A DNA stretch of 20,000 nt, from contig CAYXJN010000002.1 in assembly GCA_964464605.1 (NCBI GenBank), forward strand, positions 308,344-328,343. Direction: 5' to 3'. Each line of letters starts with the position of its first letter. The first letter of the stretch is position 1. Under the pieces are notes generated by a model. It did no database searches. It was not told the DNA's origin and saw only the letters and a list, made by a program, of their open reading frames with translations. The DNA is from an uncultured Ignavibacteriales bacterium. Lineage in GTDB: Bacteria > Zixibacteria > MSB-5A5 > GN15 > FEB-12. A program made the position numbers and the translations under genes. Below are positions 1 through 9,312 of the stretch, in pieces.

Positions 1-478
1 CCCATATCGCCAGAGCAAGCATGGTGATATCCGGCATGATTTTGAATGAATAGAAAAAGAAAAGGGGGGACAGCGCGAGAGCGCATACGCCGAATGCGGC
101 AACGGCAGTATCTTGAAATCTGGATAGCAGCAGCTTATAGAATCCCCATAATCCTAAAAGTGCGGCAATGAGTGTTAAGAGTCTTGGTATCGCATGATGA
201 ACGCCGAACAGAGTGTAGAAAATAGCGGTAATGTAACAGTAGATCGGGAATTCCATCCCGGTTATCCCCTCCCCCGCCCCACGCTGATTCACCCGGGGAT
301 GAAGAAACGTGAAGTCTTCCTGATAGTAATTCAACGCAACAGCGGCAGTATCGGATTCACGCCATTGATGATGTCCATACGGCGGGGAATCAATCAAATA
401 AAAATGGCAAAAAGCAAAGACTGCCGCGCACACGATCGCAATTGCGATTGGATAACGGGCAGTCTTTTCAGAATTCAT
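1..478 (-). CDS. GT-C fold membrane glycosyltransferase (ArnT/PMT_2-like, GT39/GT83-type); 5' part only, runs off the window
   Basis: Not in the ORF track; translated by hand from ATG at 478: MNSEKTARYPIAIAIVCAAVFAFCHFYLIDSPPYGHHQWRESDTAAVALNYYQEDF...GITGMEFPIYCYITAIFYTLFGVHHAIPRLLT...LSPLFFFYSFKIMPDITML. The N-terminal TM, WRExDT loop, EFPxY motif and further TM helices are typical of this family. Frame is open to the window edge. Confidence 0.8.
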   Translation of the reverse strand, partial: MNSEKTARYPIAIAIVCAAVFAFCHFYLIDSPPYGHHQWRESDTAAVALNYYQEDFTFLHPRVNQRGAGEGITGMEFPIYCYITAIFYTLFGVHHAIPRLLTLIAALLGLWGFYKLLLSRFQDTAVAAFGVCALALSPLFFFYSFKIMPDITMLALAIW

Positions 479-515
479 TATCTATTCTGCTCATCAGCAG
501 AACAACAAACAACTA

Positions 516-2216
516 CTATTTGACCATCACCATCTTTTTCGTTTCAGAAAATGCACCGGCCTGAATACGATAAAAATAGACACCGCTGGCGACCTTGCCG
601 CCGTTGGTATCACGTCCATCCCAATCAACTGTATATGCACCGGCACTCTGCGTTTCATTAACTAACTGACGAATCTGTTGGCCGAGTACATTGAACACAG
701 TGATCGTTACCTGAGACTTGGACGGGAGATCATAATCGATCGTCGTAGTCGGGTTGAATGGGTTCGGATAATTCTGCGCTAAAGAGAAATTCGCAGGCAA
801 AACATTCCCCGGACGTTCTTTCACCGGCGTCGGAGAATCAGTCGTACCGCCGACAATGAACCCATCATCTACCCCTCCGGTCGGCACCGGGAATGGCGTG
901 AGAGGAGTAAACGTCGTTGCGAAAGAGCCGCCGTAGTTTCCGGCAATGGTGACATTGGTCGTTGTTCTATTCACGTCCATTGCGTTGGCAGTAATACTGG
1001 GAAACGTCGAGCCGCTTTGTTTCCCCCATTGCAAAACCCCGGAGGAACTTATTTTTAACAACAGCGCGTCACCACCCGCGGTAACGGAGAAGGTCGAACC
1101 ACCAAAGGTTACCGATGTATTATAGTGAGCAAGGACTAAGATGGCCGATTCATTCGAAACGAGCCTTACATCCTTCGCTGTTGCGAAATAGATATTGCTC
1201 GGTGCGCTCCCACCCAATACCCAGACAACATTTCCGGCGGCGTCATACTTGGCAACGAACATTGACCAGAATGCTCCTCCGGCGTTAATCGTATCAGTGT
1301 CGAACACCGTACTGTCTTCGTATTGACCGACCAGATACACATTACCGCTGTGATCGGCGGCAAGACCATGCCCGGCATCGCCTAAATTGTTATCATCGCT
1401 GCCGGTGGCTTTAGCCCAGATTCCGTTCCCATCCTTGTCGAATTTAGCGATAAAAATATCCCATTCGCCGGGCGGACCTGCGTCCATTGTTACTCCGCCA
1501 ATCGTTGCCTTACCGACTACAATACCGGTAATAAAGACATAATCTCCGGTCGGGTCTACTTCGACATCATTAATCAAAATCTGTCCGGAATCCATTGAAG
1601 CTTGAATCGTCCAGAGCGAATCACCATTGGAATTAAACTTTCCAAGCGTAATACTATTGCCGACATAGATTGATCCATCCGAACTATAGTCGATGCCGCC
1701 GATACTGGCGACTGACACTCCATTGGCAGGTTTTACCCACTGGATGGTACCGCTGGTATTGTATTTTGCAATCCATGCAAAATGGCCGAGGGACTCATGA
1801 AGCATCGTTCCGCCGACATTCACCGAATCATGGAAATAACCGAGCGCGTAGGAATTTCCGGCCGGATCGACGGCGATATCGACACCCTGATCCTGATCAT
1901 ACGGACCAAGCATCGTTCGCACCCATTGTACCGTTCCTGTGCTATTCAGTTTTGCAATGTAGGCTTCAAGGCCGTTGCCGACGCCGACATATTTTGTGCC
2001 GCCGAAGGTCATACTATCATTGAATGTTCCGACAATGTAGTTATTGCCGTTATCATCAATAGCTACCCCATTTACCGTGTTATCATAAAAACTCCATCCC
2101 CCCATACCGACCGGTCTGGTTCCCCATGTCCATGCAGCCTGGCTAAATGCATTGCTGAATGCGATGCATGAAAGACAGAAAACCAACACAGCAAAACGAT
2201 ACCTAATTTTCATCAA
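516..2216 (-). CDS. Secreted SBBP-like beta-propeller repeat protein with C-terminal T9SS-type-A/FlgD-Ig-like domain
   Basis: Signal peptide; repeats of the type 'AVDxxGNxY(V/L)xGxF' and 'F(I/V)AK(Y/F)DxxGxxxW'; C-terminus QNYPNPFNPTTTI...WDGRD...ASGVYFYRIQAG...KKMVMVK; GGAGG RBS just upstream. Confidence 0.85.
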   Translation of the reverse strand: MMKIRYRFAVLVFCLSCIAFSNAFSQAAWTWGTRPVGMGGWSFYDNTVNGVAIDDNGNNYIVGTFNDSMTFGGTKYVGVGNGLEAYIAKLNSTGTVQWVRTMLGPYDQDQGVDIAVDPAGNSYALGYFHDSVNVGGTMLHESLGHFAWIAKYNTSGTIQWVKPANGVSVASIGGIDYSSDGSIYVGNSITLGKFNSNGDSLWTIQASMDSGQILINDVEVDPTGDYVFITGIVVGKATIGGVTMDAGPPGEWDIFIAKFDKDGNGIWAKATGSDDNNLGDAGHGLAADHSGNVYLVGQYEDSTVFDTDTINAGGAFWSMFVAKYDAAGNVVWVLGGSAPSNIYFATAKDVRLVSNESAILVLAHYNTSVTFGGSTFSVTAGGDALLLKISSSGVLQWGKQSGSTFPSITANAMDVNRTTTNVTIAGNYGGSFATTFTPLTPFPVPTGGVDDGFIVGGTTDSPTPVKERPGNVLPANFSLAQNYPNPFNPTTTIDYDLPSKSQVTITVFNVLGQQIRQLVNETQSAGAYTVDWDGRDTNGGKVASGVYFYRIQAGAFSETKKMVMVK

Positions 2217-2249
2217 ATCCTCCCAAGACTGTTCAATTCTCTTTGGTAT

Positions 2250-2278
2250 AATGTATATGAGTCGGGCAGATTGGGCAA
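2250..2278 (-). promoter_or_regulatory. Putative sigma70-type promoter for 516..2216
   Basis: Minus strand TTGCCC-17 nt-TACATT, lying between the terminator at 2306-2336 and the start codon. Confidence 0.4.
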
Positions 2279-2305
2279 GTGACCGCTAAGTCATTTTATA
2301 CCAAT

Positions 2306-2336
2306 AAAAAAGGCAGTGATCACTCACTGCCTTTTT
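2306..2336 (-). terminator. Rho-independent terminator
   Basis: Inverted repeat aaaaaggcagtga-tcac-tcactgccttttt with a T-run on either strand, 16 nt downstream of the stop of 2353..4041. Confidence 0.85.
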
Positions 2337-2352
2337 GTCGGTCATGAACTGA

Positions 2353-4041
2353 CTACTTTACTAACATCATCTTTTTCGTTTCTGTGACTTCCCCGGCCTG
2401 AATACGATAGAGATACATCCCTGTCGCCGCCCGTTTACCGGCAGCGTTTAATCCATCCCACTGCACAGTGTACGCACCGGCGCTTTGGATTTCGTTCACC
2501 AAGGTGGCGACTTCTTCACCGAGAATGTTGAAGACTTTCACCGTTACCTGTGAACGCGTCGGAACACTATACTCGATCGTCGTCGACGGATTAAACGGAT
2601 TCGGGTAATTCTGCAGCAGGGATACGGTAGTCGGCAGAATATCGACCGGTTTTTCTTTCACCGGAGTCGGGGAATCAGTAGTCGCAGTCGCAACGAATCC
2701 GTCGTAATTGTTTAGCGGTGAATTCAGATGATATATCCCGAATTTGGAATCATCAATATGCCACCCGGAAACACTCAGCGTTGATGTTGTACGGTTAACG
2801 TCCATAGAAGTAAGGCTGGTCGTTATCCAGTTGGTATCGGTTCGAAGCGCCCAATCAACCGCGCCGGTTGCCGCATCAAGCTTAAATACAATCGGCTCAA
2901 TACCGAGCAGGAGGCTATAGGTTGCTCCATCAAATGACATATTCTGCACATAGTGAGCAGCCACTAAAACAGCGTCATCATTCTCCACCACGCGAACATC
3001 GAGTCCATCTGATGTTGTACCCGCGAACGTGGAAGATGCGCCTTTCACCCATTCCAGATTTCCATTGGGGTCATACTTGGCAACAAAGAATGCGTGACCG
3101 GAAAAGTTGGAGTAGACCGTGTCGGCATCGAAATAGGCATAATCGGCATACGTTCCGGTAACGTAGACATTCCCAGAACCGTCAACATCAACGCCAAAAC
3201 CTTGATCTTGCGTTGTGGTCGTACCGCCGGCACGTTTTGCCCAGATCGCATTGCCATTTTTATCAAATTTGGCGACAAACATATCCCTATCGGTAATCAT
3301 CGGTGTCGTTAAGTGCGTGGTTCCAATTTGCGCACTCAGCCCAAACATTCCGGTAATGTAGACATAGTCACCGCTTTCATCCACAGCGATATCATCTATC
3401 TGAAACGATGTGCTACCGCCAAGCGGAATCTGCCAGGTCCACACCGAGTCACCAGTGTTCGCATTGTATTTAGTCAACGATAATCCACAGCCAACATAGA
3501 CGTGTCCGGTCGAGCTGTATGCCACTCCACCCCAAAGTCCGGTTTGGTTACCAGCGGCTCGCCGCGCCCATTGCACTGTCCCACTGCTGCTGTATTTAGC
3601 GATTGCTATCAATGTTGAGCCGGCTTCGTATACTTTCATGCCATCGAAATTAAGTGAATCGCTGAAGTATCCAGCAAAATAGGCGCTGCCAGCAGGATCA
3701 GTGTCGACATCGAGTGCATATTCGCTGACATCCCAGCCGCCGATTTGTTTTGCCCATTGAAACACGCCTGTTGAATTCAATTTGGCGATATACATATCGA
3801 CACGGTTATAGCTGTGCAGCTTGGTGGCCCCGAAGGTTGCGCTGTCATAAAAATTACCGACGATAATCCGGTTGTCATTGTTATCGATCGCGACGCCGTT
3901 GGTCATGTTTATCCAGTTACTGTCGCTGATTAAACCGACCGGTTTGGTTGCCCATGTCCAGGCATGTTGCGCGGAAGCATTCGAAACAAAACCGAACCCA
4001 AGCGCGAAAACTATTAGAGATATGAGATAGCTACGTTTCAC
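2353..4041 (-). CDS. Secreted SBBP-like beta-propeller repeat protein with T9SS-type-A/FlgD-Ig-like tail; paralog of 516..2216
   Basis: GTG start with GGAGGAG RBS; signal peptide; segments shared with the neighbour (AWTWxTxPVG, NGVAIDxN, MDVNRTT, TTDSPTPVKE, QNYPNPFNP). Confidence 0.85.
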   Translation of the reverse strand: MKRSYLISLIVFALGFGFVSNASAQHAWTWATKPVGLISDSNWINMTNGVAIDNNDNRIIVGNFYDSATFGATKLHSYNRVDMYIAKLNSTGVFQWAKQIGGWDVSEYALDVDTDPAGSAYFAGYFSDSLNFDGMKVYEAGSTLIAIAKYSSSGTVQWARRAAGNQTGLWGGVAYSSTGHVYVGCGLSLTKYNANTGDSVWTWQIPLGGSTSFQIDDIAVDESGDYVYITGMFGLSAQIGTTHLTTPMITDRDMFVAKFDKNGNAIWAKRAGGTTTTQDQGFGVDVDGSGNVYVTGTYADYAYFDADTVYSNFSGHAFFVAKYDPNGNLEWVKGASSTFAGTTSDGLDVRVVENDDAVLVAAHYVQNMSFDGATYSLLLGIEPIVFKLDAATGAVDWALRTDTNWITTSLTSMDVNRTTSTLSVSGWHIDDSKFGIYHLNSPLNNYDGFVATATTDSPTPVKEKPVDILPTTVSLLQNYPNPFNPSTTIEYSVPTRSQVTVKVFNILGEEVATLVNEIQSAGAYTVQWDGLNAAGKRAATGMYLYRIQAGEVTETKKMMLVK

Positions 4042-4075
4042 AGATACTCCTCCGCTATGTTATCATTTTTGAGAA

Positions 4076-4104
4076 AAGATATGTGATTTACCTGAGGTGA
4101 GCAA
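4076..4104 (-). promoter_or_regulatory. Putative sigma70-type promoter for 2353..4041
   Basis: Minus strand TTGCTC-17 nt-TATCTT about 35 nt upstream of the GTG. Confidence 0.4.
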
Positions 4105-4148
4105 GCGGGTGGAAATTGAGAAATGTGACGGCCGAAGCGCGAACGATA

Positions 4149-6815
4149 CTATTTCTCTTTCAGTTCCGCTGTCCAATTGAGCGTCACTTCAAAAGAAGGA
4201 CGGGTTTGGGTCCCGACCGTTGTTACCACAATAAATTTCTGACCGTCAGCGGTAACATCGTAGCGCTCGTAGCCAAAACCGAAGCTGGTAATCGGGGCAT
4301 CGAAAAGCTTCTTAGGTGTTCCGGCTTCAAACGCTTCTCCCTCTCTTATCGAAACCGCTATTATGCTGTTATCCTGTCGATAGAACAGTTCTCTCCCATC
4401 AGCTCGCCAGCGTGACTTGCTTCCTCCCTGAGTTGAAACCTGCCATTTTCCGCCGGTGCCATCATATCGCCTTACATAAATTTCTTCTTTACCCGACTCT
4501 GTGCTCGTGTAAGCGACATAACGGCCACTCGGTGAGATCATTGCTCCATATTGATTAAATGTGCTGGATGCAGCGATTTCCCGGGGTGTGCTGCCACTGG
4601 CCAATGACCAAGTAGCGACTCTTGGAAGACCGTTGCTGAGCAGAGTAGGAGCCAGAGTCTGGCCATCATTTCCGATGCTCGTAATGATAAATTTGCCGCT
4701 GTCCGGCCACGGAATAGGTCTTGCTTCACTCGATCCATCTGCAGCCTTCATGAACCCTGTGGTAAGCGGAAGATCTCCACTTGTATAGATAATAGTGCTT
4801 CCGTCCGGAGTCCACACCGGCATTGATTCAAAGTCGGGCTCAAAGGTCAGACGGGTTGCAACATCCCGCTGCAAATCCCGAATCCAGAGATCATTTTTAT
4901 TCGTGGTCGGGTCTTCAATGCTCACGGCCAAACGCTTTGCATCCGGCGAAAGAGAGACATCCGTGTACGCTCCCTGAGGACCGACAGTGCCAAGTTCCGC
5001 GCCGGAGCGGTCATACCACTTTAATTCTGTTTCTACGCTCTGCTGATTTTTTTTAATCACCAGCGTACCCTCATCCGAAACACTGAAACTCGATCCACCG
5101 GCGGAGCCTATTGCATAAATACCATCGGTAATGGCAGCCGGCTCACCAATTAACGTAAATGCTTTCGCGTCGAACTTTTGCGCGAACAGAATATTATCCC
5201 GAACAAAAAGCAGATACCCTTGGGCCGTGTAACGAACCATGGAACTGGTCATACCTACTTCAACAGGCGCTTCAGTAGTGTCGAGGGAACCGACCAATAT
5301 TCGGGAATTGCCTCCGGCAACGCCGGAATCGATCGGCGCTATATAGAAAAAGTGTTTCCCATCCGGCAAAAACTGCGGCCAAGCATGAATAGTCTCACCT
5401 TTTTCCTTACCGATTTTTGTCACCGCATATACGTTTCCCCCGGTTGCCGAAATCGCTTTGATAGGATCAGCTAATCGACCGTCAAAAACAATTACTCCGC
5501 CTGTGCCCCAACTACCATCAGCAACGCCTAGTGCTTCACCTAACAACTGTGCCGGTCCGCCGGTTACCGGAATCTTTTTGATTTTACCATTATCAGTATA
5601 TCCAAGATACCTGCTGTCAGGCGACCAGAATGGGCGATTGGCTCCTTCTGTTCCCGCCAGCGCGTAGGCTTTCAGTGAATTCATAGGACGTACCCAGATA
5701 ATCTCGTTGTTGTTTGAATCGACAGCCAAATAGGTGAGATACTCGCCGTTCGGCGAAATTTGCGGCCAATTTCCACGGACCAAACTTGGATCAACCTCAA
5801 TCGTGAACCGCTTTGTCGACACTTCAGTTTTCGGCTGCATCAAATACAAATAGGTAACAGCTAATGTACTCAGGAGTGCCAGCGCAGCGATCACCCAAGC
5901 GAGCCGGAATTTGAATCTGCGTTTCGCGGCAACGGCAGAGGATACCCCCGCCTGTGATCCGGATTGCGCTACCCAGCGAAGTTCATCCGCCATATCCCGT
6001 GCTGATTGCCAGCGTTCGTCCGGGTCTTTGGCTAAACATTTTTTGACTACGCGGTTAAGTCCGGGTGCTGACATCGGTTTGACATCAGAAACTGGCGGCG
6101 GTTCACTTCCTATTATTGCGGCTATGAGCGTCGCATGGCTTTTTCCTGAAAACGCGCGGTGGCCGGTTACCATTTCATACAGCAAACATCCAAACGAGAA
6201 AATATCACTGCGGGAATCGGCTTCTGTTCCTTCAAGCTGTTCCGGCGCCATGTACTGAATCGTGCCGACAAGCGTCCCTGCTCCGGTGAGCGGTGTTGTT
6301 TGCGTAATAGCCGCGGCAACATCCAGTCCGCCTCCGGAATTTTGAAGTTTCGCCAATCCGAAATCGAGCAGTTTTGCACCTTGTTTGGTGAGCATCACAT
6401 TCCCCGGTTTCAGATCGCGGTGGACTAATCCCTGACGGTGCGCCTTGTCGAGTGCGTCGGCAATTTGGACGGCAACAGTCAGGGCTTCCTTCTCATCAAG
6501 CGGGCCGTTTTTCAACCGATCGGATAAAGAAACCCCTTCGATATATTCCATCACCAGATAGTCGATGCCATCCTGATGGCCGATGTCATGGAGAATACAG
6601 ATATTGGGATGATTAAGACTGGAAATCGATTTGGCTTCCCGCTCAAAACGGGCACGCATATCGGCATTCAAAGCCGTACTTGGCGGAAGGACTTTGATAG
6701 CGACAGTTCGATCTAACCGCGTGTCGCGCGCTTTATAGATTTCCCCCATCCCACCGGCACCGGCGGGTGAGATAATTTCGTATGGACCAAGCTTTTTACC
6801 GACTTCTAATGTCAT
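4149..6815 (-). CDS. Hanks-type Ser/Thr protein kinase with TM helix and C-terminal PD40/TolB-like beta-propeller
   Basis: Motifs GAGGMGEIY, VAIKVL, HRDLKPGN, DFG, GTIQYMAPE, SDIFSFG; TM LAWVIAALALLSTLAVTYLYL; PD40-like repeats (PFWSPDSR, LSPDAKRLA, PVWTPDG, ISPSGRYVAY); GAGGAG RBS. Confidence 0.92.
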   Translation of the reverse strand: MTLEVGKKLGPYEIISPAGAGGMGEIYKARDTRLDRTVAIKVLPPSTALNADMRARFEREAKSISSLNHPNICILHDIGHQDGIDYLVMEYIEGVSLSDRLKNGPLDEKEALTVAVQIADALDKAHRQGLVHRDLKPGNVMLTKQGAKLLDFGLAKLQNSGGGLDVAAAITQTTPLTGAGTLVGTIQYMAPEQLEGTEADSRSDIFSFGCLLYEMVTGHRAFSGKSHATLIAAIIGSEPPPVSDVKPMSAPGLNRVVKKCLAKDPDERWQSARDMADELRWVAQSGSQAGVSSAVAAKRRFKFRLAWVIAALALLSTLAVTYLYLMQPKTEVSTKRFTIEVDPSLVRGNWPQISPNGEYLTYLAVDSNNNEIIWVRPMNSLKAYALAGTEGANRPFWSPDSRYLGYTDNGKIKKIPVTGGPAQLLGEALGVADGSWGTGGVIVFDGRLADPIKAISATGGNVYAVTKIGKEKGETIHAWPQFLPDGKHFFYIAPIDSGVAGGNSRILVGSLDTTEAPVEVGMTSSMVRYTAQGYLLFVRDNILFAQKFDAKAFTLIGEPAAITDGIYAIGSAGGSSFSVSDEGTLVIKKNQQSVETELKWYDRSGAELGTVGPQGAYTDVSLSPDAKRLAVSIEDPTTNKNDLWIRDLQRDVATRLTFEPDFESMPVWTPDGSTIIYTSGDLPLTTGFMKAADGSSEARPIPWPDSGKFIITSIGNDGQTLAPTLLSNGLPRVATWSLASGSTPREIAASSTFNQYGAMISPSGRYVAYTSTESGKEEIYVRRYDGTGGKWQVSTQGGSKSRWRADGRELFYRQDNSIIAVSIREGEAFEAGTPKKLFDAPITSFGFGYERYDVTADGQKFIVVTTVGTQTRPSFEVTLNWTAELKEK

Positions 6816-6887
6816 ATCTCTCCTCTATCTCAGCCGGAAGAATATAGAGAGCTATACGGAATAACAAGATAGAAGTTGGATATGCAA

Positions 6888-9312
6888 TTACTTTTTAAGC
6901 TGAGTCTGACCGCAATCACAAATAAAGATACCAGAATTGGATTTGTATCTGAGAACTTCCATACATTTTTTAGAACCACAGTACGCCATATTTTCTACTT
7001 TTAACCATTGCTCAAGGATAGCAATTATTTCGGAACTGGAATAAGGTGTCGGAGGATTCTTCCAATGGGCAGAGAAATTTCTAAAAATCGAATCTTCTAT
7101 TACCCGATGTAAAGCAATTGTAAAGGGATGTGATTCTCCCAATTTATCATTAGAGCGAACCTTTAGCCTCTCAAGAAAATCAGTTAAATAATGGTCGCTT
7201 TTTTGCTTGTACTTCATCATAACTTCGAAACCTTCACAAATCTCCTGAAGCCGCAACTCCATATAGACCCCCAGTTTGCTTGCTGCTTCATCTGCGTGAT
7301 TCTCTTTACATAAATCAGAGATTCGATCCGTCGTAATCATACCTCCTTTGATGCAAGGACCAGTTTGATATGTAAAATTGTAAAATTCTCTTCTTACCCA
7401 ACCAGGAAATGAACGATACAACTGATCTCTCCAAATAACGTCATGAGTAAGGATTAGAATCTGAAAATCGTCAAAATGATCGCGTAACAGTTTAATTACC
7501 TTTGGTCTCTTCATAATATCAAAACTGCTAACAACGTCATCCAATATTAAAAATTGAAAATCAGGATTAAATTCTCTAATAGATGCAAGAAACACCGCAA
7601 TCCCAAAACTGTTGAGCTGAGATTCGCTAAGGACCTTAAATGAAGAATATTTTTTTTGCGCCGTGAAATTCTATTTCCAAAACTGCTGCACGATCATGTC
7701 CTTCTAACAGCCTTAAAGCCGGAGCACCTATTCCAACAGCACCTTCTTCTAATATGTGGAAGTAACGCTTAACGTTCTCGGAAATGCGTTCAAACTTACT
7801 GTTTACATCAGAAATCGAAGCTTGTACATAACTATCTACACGCTTACCGAACAAACCGGAAACCGACGATAAGGCATGCAGGTATTGTTTTTTTGATGTG
7901 ATTTCACTCCATTTATCGAGAAGCGTTTTAACCTTAGCGTGAGTTTCGACGAGTTGTGCACCCTTTTTATCCGCTTTGATTGCTTCTATTTGTGCATTTA
8001 AGAACTCAACGGCCTTATTCTTTTCTTGGGACCACTGTTCATTAAGTTTTTTTAGCTGTTCGGTACACACCTTCATACCAGTTACAATCGAGTAATCTAC
8101 TTCAGTTAATACTACTTGAGATAGCGTTTTCGCTTGTGAAACTATAGCGTCAACCTCTTTACTGGAGACAGGAAGAACACTCTCATCTAACTGAGAGTCT
8201 ACCCAAGAACTAGTTTCTTTCATCGTTTGGATAGTGACCTCTAGCTCCTTATACTTTTCAAATTCATCGATTAATGCGTTTTGCGCTTTTTCAAGAAAAT
8301 TTATTGTCTCCTGCAAAGGTTTTAAGCTCTCTAAATGTGCATGGATATGTTCAAGTAGGTCTCCACCAAACCCTCCACGTTCACACAGAGGGCAATAATC
8401 TCGTCGTTCGGATTGTAGAATCGCTTTTTCACCCGCTGTATATAAACCAAGAAACACAATTCTACCTATCTCACTCTCTTTTTCTTTGAGAGGGACAATC
8501 TTCTCTGCATAGCTATTAAGTTGATTACTCAACACATTAGGGAAATCAATTTTTGCAAACTGTTCCTGAATAGCTATTAAGCACGCCAATCTTTTTGATG
8601 TTGGATCTTTTTCAATCTCAAGTTGGAGTTCACCAAGCTTATCGTGAACATCTTTTGGGGCCGGCTCGCATTTAAAGCCGACTTCCGTAAGAAATCCGGC
8701 TAACTTAGTATGGATTACAGAGGTATTAACCTCTTGGGTTCCAATATCCCTACTAACCCCCTTTTCAAATTCTTCAATCACTTTTGATAAACTTTCAACT
8801 TCTCCAAAAAGCTTTGCTTCAACTCTTCTTAAAGCTTTTTGATAATCGACTTGAGGAGTAAAGCCCATGAGACTGGCCAAGATGTCAAACCTATCTGCTT
8901 TAGTTAGATAAACAAATCGGGTTAGATCACTGAAGCGAAGATGAGAGGCATGCCTAAACCTGTTCAAGAAATCTGCATATTTCCCAATCGGCTTAGGTTG
9001 CGTTATTCGATTCCTGTCGTATTGCAGACGAATTAAACCAAGACTTTGATCACCGAATTCTACTTCTATGTAAGTACTTCCATCTTTTGCTAAAAGATGA
9101 GGATAAGAAGAATCTTTTGCATCTTCTCGAGCAAGATGCTCGATCCGTTTCGTGCAAAACCATTCCCATGAATCTGTTAAGGAACTCTTTCCTGTGCCGT
9201 TTTCGCCAAATATTATGACCGATGAAGGCTTATTGTTTTGATAAAACTCAATGGTTAATTCAGAGTTAATACCCCTAAATCCGGAAATTGAAATCCTCTT
9301 CACGCTATTCAT
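6888..9312 (-). pseudogene. Frameshifted Rad50/SMC-like ABC ATPase with zinc-hook coiled coil and C-terminal HEPN-like domain (RloC-like architecture); about 807 aa if rejoined
   Basis: ORF 7636..9321 has Walker A GENGTGKS (9184-9207), coiled coil and CPLC hook (8383-8394). The +1 frame continues YSSFKVLSESQLNSFGIAVFLAS (signature variant), LILDD (Walker B), SSFD (D-loop), LTHD (H-loop), RNFSAH (7065-7082) and CxxxxC...CxC. The frames join at an A8 run (7650-7657). May be an intact gene with a sequencing error. Confidence 0.8.

Noticed and set aside
194..523. 109-aa plus-strand ORF
   Set aside because: Antisense shadow of the minus-strand GT-C gene, which has recognisable family motifs.
516..4041. 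Possible DGR template/variable repeat or CRISPR-like repeats between the paralogs
   Set aside because: Similarity is at the protein level with synonymous differences; no reverse transcriptase, adenine-specific variation or spaced direct repeats seen.
6888..7595. Treating the 235-aa ORF as an independent gene
   Set aside because: It starts in the middle of the ABC head, after the signature motif; it is the C-terminal part of the upstream ATPase.
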